Shown: piece by piece, positions 1 to 14,147 of the stretch
How positions within the stretch are numbered: position 1 is the stretch's first letter
How the letters are laid out: each line of letters opens with the position of its first letter
NCBI GenBank assembly: GCA_903813345.2
Contig: CAIIXF020000001.1
Span: 4,464,001-4,528,000 of the forward strand
Source: Owenia fusiformis
Lineage: Eukaryota
DNA: 64,000 bases
Direction: 5' to 3'
The notes under the pieces: generated by a model
What the model saw: only the letters and a program-made list of their open reading frames with translations
Database searches by the model: none
Told to the model about the DNA's origin: nothing
Translations under genes and position numbers: made by a program

Positions 1-1377
1 AATTCACTTTGTATTGAAAGATGGTGATATGTTAGGTTCTCAAAGGTTAATAGACAAGTTTCAGCATCACGATAGTATAAGGGGTCTAACTTGAGTATGA
101 CAAAATTAAAACATATAAACTGTTCCCTTACGCTCAAATCAAATTAATACGATTTTTTGAGTATGATAAATATAATCATTAGGAAATAGAAATGTCATCT
201 GTGTAAGTAAAACTTATTTATAACATATGGTCTATTGGGAATCTGCTATCATTTGATAAACAATTTTCAAAACATTTTTACTATACCCAAAATATGGTAC
301 AGTTGTTAGCTTGGCAAGTGACAGTGTCTCACATTTTTAACTTTGCATTTCCAGGGATGCTACTTGGTATAATATCAAGAACTGATTAGCTTTTGGACAC
401 AAGACAGCATTAAATCAAGTTGGTGCAGCACCCACCTGAGATTTGAAAAACACTGGCTTGCACCCACCTTAAAATCCATTTGCACCCACTTGAAAATGAG
501 AAAAATCATGAAAATTGGCATATTTTCACCAATTTTTGTCTGTATTTTGAAAATGAGAATTTTGCACCCAGTTGAGAAAAATTCCTGTGGAGAACACTGC
601 AAAAGTAGTTTTGGCGAATGTCGATTTCAAGTACGTTATCACTCTGACTGAAATTTGAATAACGATTGTTTCTACTGGGATCTATTTAGATTATTTCTAA
701 TATCAAGTAAATGGCTTTTTATCTTTAGGAAATGGAGATGATATACTAATTTCTGTTGAACTTCAACATATTGGTCCTATTGAGGCCCAATAGGGTTGTT
801 ATCAAGTTTAAGGAGGCTCATTTATTTTCCTCTACTCAACTTGTCTTTAATAATTCACTTTGGAATTCCTTAAGGCCCCTACAGGTTTTAAATTTTCTAA
901 AAACAGCCAATTAGGGATGCAAGATAAAAATGTCAAACTGCATTATTGTGTTGTTATTACTATAGAAACCATTCTCGTTTTATAGGCATAAACAAGTAAA
1001 TAAGTGTGAATGATGACTACAGACTCATTGATGCGTTCTACTCAAATTCAGTTACATGTATTTCCATCTCATTCAACTTCATATTTATATTTCATCTCAT
1101 TACATTGGGTGATATAAATGATTAAAAATGAAATGTTCATGATGTCACAGTTTATGTGACATCTTAAATAAGCTAGTTAATACTATCATCATATTAAAAA
1201 ATCTTAACTATATATTGAGCAAATCATAAGTTTAATAATAACTTACAGTTTCTTAGGCAATGGTTTGACGCTACAATTATATATTCAGAATAGGATGTCC
1301 ATGGTCTGTTCATTTAGATCTACATTTTTCAGCATAATGTAGAGGAAACAACATGGCAACTTGTCCTTTTTCACATT

Positions 1378-1838
1378 TGAACTGAGGTGTACAACAATTA
1401 TGGCACACCTTGTCACATTTAGACTGAGGTGTACAACAATTATGGCTCTCCTTGTCACACTTAGACTGAGGTGTACAACAATTATGGCACACCTTGTCAA
1501 ACTTGGACTGAGGTGTACAACAATTATGACACACCTTGTCACACTTGGACTGAGGTGTACAGCAATTATGACACACCTTGTCACACTTGGACTGAGGTGT
1601 ACAACAATTATGGCACACCTTGTCACACTTGGACTGAGGTATACAGTAATTATGGCACACCTTGCCATACTTGGACTGTGGTGTATAACAATTATGGCAC
1701 ACCTTGTCACACTTGTACTGAGGTGTACACTAATTGTGGCACACCTTGTCACACTTGGACTGTGGTGTACAACAATTTTGGCACTCCTTGTCACACTTGG
1801 ACTGAGGTGTACAACAATTTTGGCACACCTTGTCACAA
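1378..1838. repeat. 39-bp minisatellite, about 12 copies
   Basis: Unit ACTGAGGTGTACAACAATTATGGCACACCTTGTCACACTTGG-like, giving 13-aa periodic ORFs in several frames. Confidence 0.95.
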
Positions 1839-2435
1839 TTACAAAATGTAAAAATTATTCAATAAATTAATAAAAAATGTATGCAAGAGTTATTTTTTCA
1901 AGCTGTTTTGGAGGATATTTAGAATGTTCATAGGCAAAAAGACTGATCTACCATATAGCCATATGGGACTGTATTGTAAAGTGTCCAATTTCGTAGTCAA
2001 ATTCATATGTAATTTTACCAAATTACAGAATTAATACTGTATCTGTAGCATCAGCTTCTCAGAAGTTTGCGAATACCTAAAGCTCATATCTTGAAACTGT
2101 ATTTTATATATCCATTTATATATTATAATATACACATGTAATATTAAATGAATTTAATAATGTGCTGACATCCGCTGGTTATATAACACTGAGATGATTT
2201 ATAAAGATGGCTGTGCACAGACACCTTGGTTGATATATCCTTATATGCTGGTTATATTAATAAGACTTATCCAATTGTATATATGTGCAATATCTTTATG
2301 TATATAACTGTATTTCTTCATCCTATTTTGAATCCATTTTAGAAGCAATATGCTCCAAGTATATAAGAGTTACTTGTGATGTAACTACATTTGGCCTTTT
2401 TAACTTCTCATTTCTATCATAGTTCTTTTTGTATG

Positions 2436-5400
2436 CTATAAAGTTGTTGTTCTGTCACGGCTATTCCTACAATTTCTTTTTCCATCCATTAGATTCTCAA
2501 GTTTATCCATATCATCTGAGTCTATATGCTCAGTCTCTCCTTCATGTTGCTTGGGACTTGAGATGGTTGAAACTTGTGTGATATTTACTAAGCTAGACAT
2601 GATACTAAAATGACGATATTTTTTCTCCCGTCTTTTTTCGCATTTCTTCCCGATGCATTTGTGGAGAATTGTCAATAGGAATACAAAAAGAAATGGTGTG
2701 GGCGTGAGGAACATCACCCAAATTGGCATTGCAGCGGCTATATCGGCATCAGGCTGTTCAAATGAGAATCGAATGATGACAAGAACGAGCATACAATTGA
2801 ACACAGTCATCTCTGTGCCGATAGTTTTACAGTATACCCCTGGCTGTTTTGATATCAGAGATAATACCCCACTAACCAAGTATCCACAGAATGGTAACAA
2901 TGCGGCGGCCACTAATACCTCAGTCCTGACAAACTCAAACATGTACATGTTGATGTAAATCCCTAGTGTGAAGAACAGTATACAGAATAACAGCAACAAT
3001 GGCTTGATAAGCCAGTTGAGGATAGCATCAGCAACTCCAGGGCGACACCGCCTGATCGCCATTCCTATGAAATATGAGATAACGATAGCTGCCAGCCATA
3101 ACTCTATGTTATACAGGGCAACTAGAAAGTCACTGTCTGGGGCTGAGTGGAAGAATCGGCCTAACACAAATATCCACAATGGAGCTGTACCTGCAATATA
3201 AAAACATGTGTTAACTTGTAATTACAATGATAACTTAGGTACATAAACTTCATTTTCTAGAAATATCTTAAATACACATTGAAGGAAAAAAGTCAATATT
3301 TGAGACAATGCTCTTTGCGTTTACACATTGTGGGTTAATCTTTTTAAAAAAGTAATGTTGTATACATGTATCATCCATCCATGGGCTTTCAAGATCCCAG
3401 CATATTATTTTTGCACTTTACTGAAGTGGCTTTGTTTGTCATTTAGAAATTTAAATATGTTTAACTGAGGTTTGATTGGTTCCTTCAGATGTTGCCTTTT
3501 GCACTTGGTTTATCATAATATATACATGTTAAGTTGACCAATCTGAAATCAATAAACATCCTTTTTCAATTTTCTTGTTTTATTAATCAAAATATGTATG
3601 CACAAATGCCAAAGGAAAAAGACCAAAATTGTTACAGAATACAGCAAGAAAAATAAAACATCTATGAGCACATCATTCATAAAGAAAACAAACCCCAACA
3701 ATCCCAAATCATAATCTAACGTGAAAAGAAACATGTCCAATATCCCCCTCCCTCATGGCATTTAAGTACCATTATCACATTGAAGATTGGTATGTAAATA
3801 ATAACACGTAACAAAAACTTTAGGAATATGGCTGTAATATAATCTCTCTGTGGCAATAATAGACTTTGTTGGCTGCACCGTAATGGGCAAATTACATACA
3901 ATTTATGACTTCTATGCAATTTTACTGTCAGCTAGCTCTTAGAACTTGCTTCACCATAATAAATGATCTCGAAAAATACAGTTTATCAATTTATCTACAG
4001 TTTGCGTTTAATTAGAATAGTTGAGAAATTGTGTCCCAGGTTGCAGATTAGTCTCTAAATCAAAGCAATGTAGACGACTAGCCCTGGATGAGGCGATATT
4101 AACCTATTTACCATATATATTGAAATTGAGAGAATTGATGATAGACAAGTGACTAGAGCGAAGAGGGTCAGGTACACTATGCATACTGAGTGAAAGCATT
4201 CTCTCCAGGTTTTTATTATGAAGTGGGTGCAAAATTTCAGATAAAAATTCATTGAAAATGTCTATTTTTCATGATTTTCGTCATTTTTCATAGAGTCCAA
4301 ATATGTTTTCAGATTAATGCCTCTTCAAATTCTCACACTTTATAGTTGGGGAGACTGAGTTGGGGAGATTCGATTCATAATTTCTACCATCATGAATGAC
4401 TCAAGCAATGTATCTTAATTTGGTCAAAGCTGCAGTCCAATAAAGGATGAATTTCATCATCTCTTGGGTAGCCTTTAATGCATTAAATGGACATTAGTGG
4501 AGTGGTTCCATTTTATGCTTGACTGGTTGATTGTGATAGAACAGCCATTTTCCATGACCAAATCAGAGTCTTACATGCTGATTGATTACATGGAGTATGA
4601 CTGGCTCAAAAATTATGGAATGAAATCACGAATTATTTCATGGATTTTACCAAATGAAATGCATATATGTCTGAGTGACTATGTTTGGATTCAAGAATAT
4701 GTTGCATCGATACGAAACTTCATCTAAAATGCCCAAATAATGACTTCTGGTTTGAAATATTTTTTGACTGATCTTTTCATTAACATCAAATGATGTCCTT
4801 GAACTTGGGTCTTGCTGCAAACTTTGGCGATTGTCTGATGAGTGTAACAAATCCATTTTTCTTTTGAATATTGTTATACCAGGCACCATGGAGAATCAAT
4901 AGTGATATCATTTGTCCCAATCCTTTATAACAATGTAGATTTACATTGTTTTATTATAGGTTTATTGGTTTATATAACCTGAGCATGTTTCATGATCAGG
5001 TGCTGCATTAGTGATTTTATATTTGCAATTATGATCAGATATATTTACGGTAATATATTATTTAACACATTGTTATCTCATAAAATATCATCAGATTAAA
5101 TCTACATGCTTGGTGTATGTGTTTCAGTGACATTGATCTAAAATGATACTGTGAAAATCAATAAGGCTCTGATTGCCTGTGTTGGCATGTGAAAGGTATG
5201 CTAATGCTGATATTAGTGTATACAAATCTAGCTAGGTTTGACTTAATGAAAACGAACTTGTTTCACTTTACTTAGGAGTCTTCCATGTGAATCTGTATGA
5301 GCTTAAGAGAGACAGTGAAACTTACCTAATGTAAAGATGATAGTGAAGAAGTTGAGAGTTACACTGACGGGAATGTCTCCCCGCATAACGCTAACAAGCA

Positions 5401-8400
5401 CAAATCCCATACCACCCCCTGGTGTACAGGCAACATAGAGGAGGCTGAGGCCGAGGTCATCGTTGAGACCAGTCATTTTAGAGATGCCAAGAGAGAGCTG
5501 AAACACATGACATGAACATGGTTAAAGTCATTTCTTTCATGAGAAGTACTTGATGAAATGTATTTCACAGTAAAGCTTGTATATCTGAACACTTCTCTGA
5601 TCTGAACACCCCTTGAGGTGATCAGTTTTGCTCAGTTTTGCTCCCATTGTTAAAGAAACCTTGAAATGTGAACACCTTTCAGCTGGCCCCAGAAGCATTT
5701 GGATTAGACAAGTTGTGTTGCTTATAGATTATTGCAAATATCTGTGCTGAATGTATTCTTAAAATACTTTCAGCAACATGGAGGAAATTACCAAATTTGA
5801 CAATATTGAATGTTTTTATTAGACAACACTGGACATTCATATCATTCAATGCATTGAATTAAATGTTGGAATAATTAGCTTTGTTTTTATATTTGTTACT
5901 ATGGTTGATGGGTCTCTGGAGCTACATCTCATCACTAGTTACTACCAAGCCTCATCAGGTTTCAGGTTCTCATCCAGGATGATTAATTTATTTTGATAAA
6001 TGGATTGCCTGTTTAAGGTAGGCAGAGTGCAGTAACATTGGCACATTTGGAAATAATACTAGTTTGAGCTACAGTAAAGTTAATGAGTGAAAAGTTCACT
6101 GCTCCCCCAACATTCCTGGGGAATAGGGAAAAGGGGGATAAGAGGATTCATGCCATATTAATAACACTTTACGGGAGTTCATTTTTATCTTTTTATCTTT
6201 TTTAGTACACTCCCTTTCATATAATTGGTATATATTGTGTGGTCCAAGCCTATATTGAAGCTATTTTCAACATTATTAAAAAAGTAGTCTGGCGGATAAT
6301 ATATGACAAAGAAGTCAGTGAATATGACACTTTTGGGCTGATTATATTTACCTTGATACTGCTGAATTAATTAATTTGGTATCGCTGCACACATATCATG
6401 TTAAAGCTTTGGCTACTGCATAACATCAACCCTTTCCCAAATATAAGATTACAGGCCTAGTCCCTTTAAGGATCGTTTGAGGGTTGTGGTTATAGGTCTA
6501 ATCCCTTAGGTAGATACTGGTTACAGGTCTAGTCGCTTTAAGCCTTGATACATGGTTACAGGTCTAGTCCCTTTAAGCTGTGATAGATGGTCATTGGTCT
6601 CGTCCCTTTAATGTTAAATTGATACTAGTTACAGGTCTTGTTCATTTAAGGTTTGTTTGAGGGTTATGGATATAGGTCTAGTCCCTTAGGTAGATACTGG
6701 TTACAGGTCTAGTCGCTTTAAGCCTTGATACATGGTTACAGATCTAGTCCCTTTAAGCTGTGATAGATGGTCATTGGTCTCGTCCCTTTAATGTTAAATT
6801 GATACTAGTTACTTTTACTTACTTTACTGAACTTTTTGACAAATACAAAAATGAACAAGTCAGAGATCTAAGATCTCACCAACCCTTCAAAATTCCAGTC
6901 AAGGCGAGTGCCCGGCTAAGGAAATCCCCTGTGTTGAGGTTAATAAACCAATGGAACAAACTAAGTGAAGAGGAGAGGGTAATACCCAGAATATCAATAT
7001 TTAAAACTACGGTAAGGAAGAAAACAAAAGATTTTCAAAATTTTAACACCACATCCAAACTCAACCTATCTCGTAAACAGGAAATCATTTTAAACCGAAT
7101 AAGATGTGGTCTTTACTTCAAATCTCAAAAATTTGCGCATAATTTTACTGGCATTTCTGATAACCTTTGTATATGTGGTGAGAGTGAAACGCCTAAGCAT
7201 TTCATCTTTAACTGTCAGCGCCTTTCTACAAGACGACATGAGTTTATTGAGTCCCTTGAGCAGCATAACCTTGAGAACCTGTTACCCCGGAGACAAGAGG
7301 TTAGAATTAAGGTATTAGTGTTTGAAAACGATCTGTCACTAGAAAAAGATAGTATTTTAAAGAAAAAATTCATTAATTTTATAATGCATCAAGATACTTA
7401 AAGTGCTTCTGTCTTGGGTAGAATGTGGCAAACTCCAGGATAAATCATGCAATTAAGCACACACATCTATGTTTTTTATTTTTAAGATATTTCACTACAG
7501 ATGAAATTAATAAATGCTAGCCAGTAATGCCATTGGCGCTTGGCAGCATATTTTTGTATTATTGTATATGAATCTGTTGAATAAACACAACTAAAACAAA
7601 AAACTGGTTACAGGTCTAGTCGCTTTAAGCCTTGATACTAGTTACAGGTCTAGTCCCTTTAAGGTTTGTTTGAGGGTTATGGATATAGGTCTAGTCCCTT
7701 AAGTAGATACTGGTTACAGGTCTAGTCGCTTTAAGCCTTGATACATGGTTACAGATCTAGTCCCTTTAAGCTGTGATAGATGGTCATTGGTCTCGTCCCT
7801 TTAATGTTAAATTGATACTAGTTACAGGTCTTGTTCATTTAAGCTGTGATAGATACTGGTAAGGTTGCATGTCTAGTCCCTTAAAACTTTGATAGAAGGT
7901 TACAGGTCTAGTCCCTTTAAGCTTAAAATTACAGGTATTTTAATATACGATTAATCAGCTGTCTGTATCTACATTAACTCTGAAGCAGCATGTCTATAAA
8001 CAAAATTGTTAACTCAGGTATTGATCCATTAAAATTATTTCCGTCACTCTTAGTTCTTCAACTATATCATCTGGAGGGATTACATACATTCGATACATTG
8101 CCTTTGTTTCTCCAGCGACTAAACAAACATTGGGGGTAAAGACTAAAATAAAGCATACTGACTGTGTTGTGTGATTTATACCACTCCCTGTTATTTAACA
8201 TAAACATGGGTATTCATTGGTGAGAGCAAATTCTGTTAAACAAACATAATACCGTGAGGGTACATTGGTGATGTCACTGATGTATGTTCACAATGTTTTC
8301 TTATTCAGATTATGTTGCTTTGTAAATGTCATCCTTCATATGTTGTATGTGCTTGTGCATTATAAAAGAGAGATTTTTGTATACTTTTAAATAGAATTTA

Positions 8401-11400
8401 TATTTATAATTAAAATTATTTACATGTGCTGTAAGTAGATATTGCATTTTTAATCATGTAAGATGAGAACTCTCCAGATCAGTTCAATTGTAGTTTTGGC
8501 AGGAGGTAGCTACTTCAAAAATGACTTCTTTTATTTAGATTCCTTCTGCATATTGTGGAACAGATAATATAAAATTATGCCAGTGATTTATGACCAAGAA
8601 ATGTGTCTGAAATAGATAAGTAAATCTTCAATTGTAAAGGATGTTCTATAAGGAAATGACTCTTATTGGTGGAAAAATACACATGCGAGTAGTGACGATG
8701 TAGTGTGCATATAAGAGAGCATATAAGGAGAATTATGCGATTTTAGTTATGAAATGTCTCTAATATTTGAAGGCAGAGAGGTAAAGTCAAAGTGATAGAT
8801 GATTCAAAAATATACTTAGTATGACATCATTTGAAATCTAATTTTGATAATGAAAAAACTGCACTTTTGAATCAATATCTGATGTGAAACTGACAACTAC
8901 TTGATAATACTGATAATCATCGGAAAAGTGGATAAATTTCATTGATTATTAAAATAAATGATGACCTTAGGGGCGGGGTCAAAATATCAATGTTCAAATG
9001 GAGACGAAAGTAATTTCGTTTGGACAACAACCCCCCCACCCCCCCTCTAGACGAAAGCTTAGGTCACTTCAAAAAAACATTGATTTTCAGTGACTGTCAA
9101 ATGATTTGGAACCCGTGATTACATTGATGAACATGTTACACACATTCGCAATTTAACTGCATTGAACTCTTCAAAAGGAGGAGGGAAAAGTACGGAATTT
9201 ATTTGAAAAATGATCGAATTATCGTCTTTATCTACCGATATTTTGGACCTATCACACAAAAAAGCTCACGAACTATTGAAAACAAGCCTTTTTATCAGAA
9301 CATAGCGCCAGAAAAAGTGGGTAAGTCCAATTATTTTTTGTATATCAGATCCGAATTATCGATGTTTTTTTGGTCAACGAAAGTGCCCAAAAACCCCCTC
9401 CCCCCCTCACGAAAGTACTTTCGTCTCCATATGAACATCGATATTTTGACCCCGCCCCTTAGTCTTCCATATCTTTCATATATTAAAAGATATATATTAG
9501 GCAAACATAGGGAATGTTTTTTGTTAATATTGCTTAAAACATTTTTCTATCTGTATGTTTGACTGCCACTTTAATGATTGTGACACGTGTAGAGTATTGA
9601 TGGGTAGTTGTTGTTGTCTCAGTTACACATCAGACATTGATTCAAAGGAGCAGTTTTAATTCAACTGACATTTAAAGAGACAATATCATGCTGCATATTA
9701 TATTGATTCAAACTGAACCTGACCAAATAGTCCATACTTCATAGAAAAAGGTCTTCTCGGATTTCATATTTTCCGATATGAAAAACCTGCATCTTCCTAG
9801 AGGGTAGGAAATTGGATAGATTGTCACAGTCAATAGTCCCCGGAGGGTTGGCATAAGGCATGTTGATCCATCAAGGTATTTCATTAATGACAGAAAACAG
9901 GTAGAACAGTATGTCTAAGAGTCTTATATCTTTGTGTTTATGATAAAAATAGTAATTTGCATGTTGAATATATACAACATAGGTCCAGTAAATGTTTACC
10001 CCCCCCCGCACTAATTAAACATTCTTATTTTAATATAAAGAAACATATATAAGATGTAACAGACTTGGATTGATGGGTTCCTCTCCCTAGATGTATATTT
10101 CCAATTAGGTTTACCAGGGTTATGATAAGATAAGGCAGGTGCAAGTTATCTATCTGACTTGGAGATTCTTCTGTTGCTGATATGTAACTCATATACTTGG
10201 TAATCATAGTTTAGTTATTGCTCATCTGTTTAATTTGAATTTCCATGGTTTGCTCTATCGACTGTAATATGAATGGACCTATTAGTTTTAAGTTTTTATG
10301 AATATGTTTTGAGAGAGATCCCATACATGTATATATGTGCTTATGAAATAACGGATGTTAGTCTTGATTTACTCAAATTTTAGTTAAAGGGATATCATAT
10401 TTGAAGATTACATGTAAAATTGCATCTAGAAATGTGGTTTAAAAAAGTATTTACCAACTTTGAAAATTCAATCGTCTTTGAAAATGTGACTTCTAGGTTG
10501 GGGAGATTCCCCATAGAGACCGTGTTACAAAATCCTAAAAAAGAAAAATATTTTTTTCTTGTGTTGGGCAGCTAATATTCTTTTTTATATCCGTTTGTAT
10601 AATCATGAGATACACAGAGATTATATGAAAATTAATCAACTTAAACTGATAATATTCAGGTTTGAGGTAACTTTCTTATATACCTGCCATGTTAACTAAC
10701 CCGAATCAGCCGCCTGGTGGTGAAACTGGTAACTACCTACTCGCATCTGGGTAATTGAGATGTAAAGTTTATATTTTGTGGTTGAGCGTTACCTATGACA
10801 GGCTTTGTAACGATACTATATTATAAACTTGCTAACAGTTATAAGCAGTTTGGATATGTCAAAGGTAAAACATAGAATGATAGAGCATATTGTCTTGTTA
10901 TCCCCTTATATCCCTAAAGTTGGTGCTAGAAAAAGGTCATTGTCCCATGGTCCCATGGCTTAGACCAGTGCTTATGCCAAATCCTATGGAGGGGCTTTAT
11001 AGGCAACAGGAGAACAATTCTTGTTGCTTTTGCTAAAATTAACAATTGTTTTGAGGAATTTTGCAATAATCTCCATGTCAAAATTAAAAATGTTAAGGAT
11101 TTTGCTTTGGTGTTTTTCATCATTTTGCCTGTTATCAGAATATTTGCTTGCTTGACAAAAAGAGGAGGATATATCCCAGAGTTCATAGATGGACCTATCT
11201 CTATATCAAGATGCATCTTTAAAGATTTATCTTTATATGGAGAGTCATCTATGAATTCTGAGGCATTTCCCCTCTTGGTCCCAATTTTACTTACCAGTGG
11301 CATAATGAGAAACTGACTGACAAATGCTATGATGATTGGTGCTGGCTTCTTACACTGCATCTTCAACACCTCCTGTTCAGTTGACAGGCCCAGGCTAAAT

Positions 11401-11999
11401 GCTGTTAGTATCGCAACCAGCGCCATAACACAATCAAATATCATATCCACCCAACGTCTTTTCCTTATGATCAATACTTTGTATTCATAAGATAGGATAA
11501 TGTCCTTTTCCCCCGAGTTTGGGTCTCGCTCAGGGGGTGTAATTTTACGGATATGTACCATCATGCGGGCCCTTCCCACATGAAGACCTTTAATGAAGAA
11601 ACAGTTCTGATTGGCTGTGTATATGTTGAATGATATAACTGGAGGTGGAAGTTTTTCTTTTATTTGTCCTTTCTTAAGTCGTTTCTTAGGTTTTTCTGGA
11701 ATTTGTGTCATTGGCACAGCAAGTCGAGGGTGAGAGCTTATAACTGTCATATTATAGGTTACATTAGCCTCTTTTTGGGATGCTTCAAGTTCACTAAAGT
11801 TCCTACAGACTCTTAAATATGAGTCCTCCTCGATTTTCTCAATATTTGTTAGGAGGAAACCAATTCGAACAGTGTTAGTATCATTTTGTCCACCAACTTC
11901 TTGATGAAGCGAGTTCTCGTATGAGAAACACATCGTCAAATGAAGCAGTAGAAATCCAAATATTCGAATATAGCTAGATTCTAAGTATCCACTATTCAT
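2436..11999 (-). CDS. SLC10 family (sodium/bile acid symporter) transporter, SLC10A3/A5(P3)-like with long N-terminal extension; 3 coding exons, about 543 aa
   Basis: Exons 11999-11295 (phase 0, donor GTAAGT), 5497-5326 (phase 1, tttcag/GTAAG) and 3190-2436 (ttgcag, TAG stop) join in frame (1632 nt). SBF-type motifs: SQFLIMPL, ACTPGGG, MRGDIPVSVTL, GTAPLWIF, LLPFCGYLVSG, KTIGTE. An N-terminal hydrophobic segment is followed by a long hydrophilic domain. Confidence 0.88.
5568..5715. mobile_element. Degenerate copy of the CAGTAAAACCTG MITE family
   Basis: CAGTAAAGCTTGTATATCTGAACAC ... TTTGGATTAGACAAGTT; shares AAGAAACCTTGAAATGTGAACACCT with the 20735 copy. Confidence 0.6.
6447..7935. repeat. 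~30-bp satellite with 180-bp higher-order repeat, interrupted by a LINE
   Basis: Units GGTTACAGGTCTAGTCCCTTTAAG...; block 6481-6660 is nearly identical to 6661-6812, and the array resumes after 7603. Confidence 0.9.
6813..7602 (+). mobile_element. 5'-truncated non-LTR retrotransposon (LINE) 3' end
   Basis: Open frame to 7401 with LINQWNKL, ILNRIRCG and a C-terminal CICGESETPKHFIFNC motif typical of LINE ORF2 ends. Short 3' UTR with AATAAA and A-rich tail; flanked by ACTAGTTAC/ACTGGTTAC. Confidence 0.8.
8970..9458. mobile_element. PIF/Harbinger (Tourist)-like MITE
   Basis: About 50-bp TIRs GGGGCGGGGTCAAAATATCAATGTTCAAATGGAGACGAAAGTAATTTCG / CGAAAGTACTTTCGTCTCCATATGAACATCGATATTTTGACCCCGCCCC, flanked by TTA on both sides. 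Confidence 0.8.
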
Positions 12000-13966
12000 G
12001 CTGCATACATTATACCTAGTTGAAGTACCTACTTCTCAATTCTAACTCTCTACTTCTAGGATGAGATGTTATCTATAGTAAAAGTGAGCTGCTCTATATT
12101 ATCATTGCATTGCAGTGGTTAGGGCATTCCTATGGGTTAATATGACGTCTTGCTTAGTCACTGTAGCACCATTGCTGTATTTATTTACTGTTATTAACCT
12201 AACCATGGTTTGTTTCTATGTATCTCAGAGCAGAGTTGAATTCCTGCACTAGTCACTCAGAAAATTGGATTTTTGTATAATGCTTAGTTTCTTTTATCTT
12301 CTCTAACAAATTATTGACTGAGTCAATGCCTATGTGCGATTAGTTCTTATAACACGCTAATATTAACTTTTTCTGTTCATGTAAATTTACTTTCACCTTG
12401 CTTTTCCGTCTCTCCATCGGATATTTCTGAATTAGTATGCAAACATGTACTTTAGATCCAAGCTCGCTTAATGATCGCTATGTCACCAGTAAATCTAGTT
12501 TAATGCTCTTGTATCCTTGCTTTTGCATAGAATTCCAATATAAACCACCATCGGGAATAAACTTACGTCAATAAGTTAATCCACACATAATATATGTCAT
12601 CTCTCCTAATGTGTTTATATTTGGGTCCTTTGTGACATTTTCTTCAATATAGATAAGGCATTCAACAGTAAACTTTCCGACTTGTAAAATTACTTCACAT
12701 TTTATTTGGTATTTTGAGCTATATTTTTTCCTCAAATGTCGAAAGCACTCAGATTGAAACGAAAATCACTCAATAGCTAATTCTCATGATATATCCTGTT
12801 CTGCTAGTAATGAGCAATCTGCATACTGAATAAACCTCCGCTATATCCTAATAGAAATATAAATGGTACTGTTCATAAGTTATAATTATATGTAATAGCT
12901 GTAAGAAGAAATGTGTTAAGATGTTGATTGTTCCTGAGGCAGTGACCCATCTAGCAATTCAATCTCTATTGCTATACTCTACTCCTGTGGGATCTTGCCT
13001 CCCTGTAGATACTGCATGTGTTAGGCTAGTGATACTTTACTTATTGAAGCCACCAGAGCTTGTATATCTCAGCAAAACCACAGGTCTATCTCTGCTTGTA
13101 TGTAACTCTGTATGTACATAGTACAAACATTGAAGGATAGACACTCCTACCTGCTTATATTCTCCATAGATGTGTACAGTTGAGTGGTATGAACAGATGT
13201 TGATGAGTGTGCAACTTAGATTGATTTTATGAGTGGTCACTTCATGTTATCATCCAGTTTGCATCATGGGTATATTGTCAGTAGTCTTCCTTGCTAAAAT
13301 TACTAATTATAACAGCTCAATGGCCTCTGCAGCTTTATCTAGATACCGAAGTAATTTTTCCAATATGTGATTTGTATATAGTACGGTGAAAACACTACAT
13401 GTCATCTGATGAAACCTGCTGGCTAGATCTATTAAATCAATAGAATTGGACGCGACAGATTCTGAATTCCCATGTATAGTTTCACTGTATAGAAAATATG
13501 AAGTTGTGATATGGTAAACATGTAGATGAGCTATCTGTTCAGATTATGCTAACTTCACTGATGATGTTTGCAAGAGATTTGATTGTGTTTTGATGATGAT
13601 TAAAACTCTCTGGCTGTGACGTTTTTGCGGTTATCTATTTGTGAACTGTTGTTTTAATCCACCCACAATTCCTGTTTTACTGTCTGACTTGGATGCACCT
13701 CTTGAGTATAGTCACATGGCTAATTTAGCCAGAATGCTTCGTGTTTCTAATCAGATTCAGTTCCACGGGTATTACATTGCTCATCCATCAACCTTCTCCG
13801 CATATAGATTAGCTTTCAAATGCTGTCCAGTCACAGATTCACCAGATTGAGGCTGATCAGGATGCAATCCACGTCATATAATAGAACCTGATGTTTCTAC
13901 TTGGTTAGACCTGTAAGAAGAGGGACATTAGTTCCATGTTAGTCTTGCTTCAATTCTCTGACAGCA

Positions 13967-14147
13967 TAGGGCCGGAGCCAGGTAGTGGAGTGGGTGTTTG
14001 AGTGAACCCACCCTAGCCAAAACCTATTTCATGCATTTTTTCACCATTCCGAGCACAAGCAATTTTGGGCCAAAGTTGCTTAATGTGAATCCTCTCTGGA
14101 ATTTTTTGAAAAGTGAACCCCCTTGGCAAAAGCTGGCTATGGCCCTG
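13967..14147. mobile_element. Diverged MITE related to the 32250 element
   Basis: TAGGGCCGGAGCCAG ... CTGGCTATGGCCCTG termini; internal GTGAACCC motifs. Confidence 0.55.

Noticed and set aside
1285-1870. Cys-rich metallothionein-like ORF (VCHNCCTPQSKCDK)n and three other overlapping ORFs
   Set aside because: All are translations of one 39-bp minisatellite that is open in several frames on both strands; there is no unique coding sequence or gene structure.
10926-11294. C-terminal third of the 357-aa ORF
   Set aside because: Intron read-through past the GTAAGT donor at 11294; SLC10 similarity continues in exon 5497-5326.
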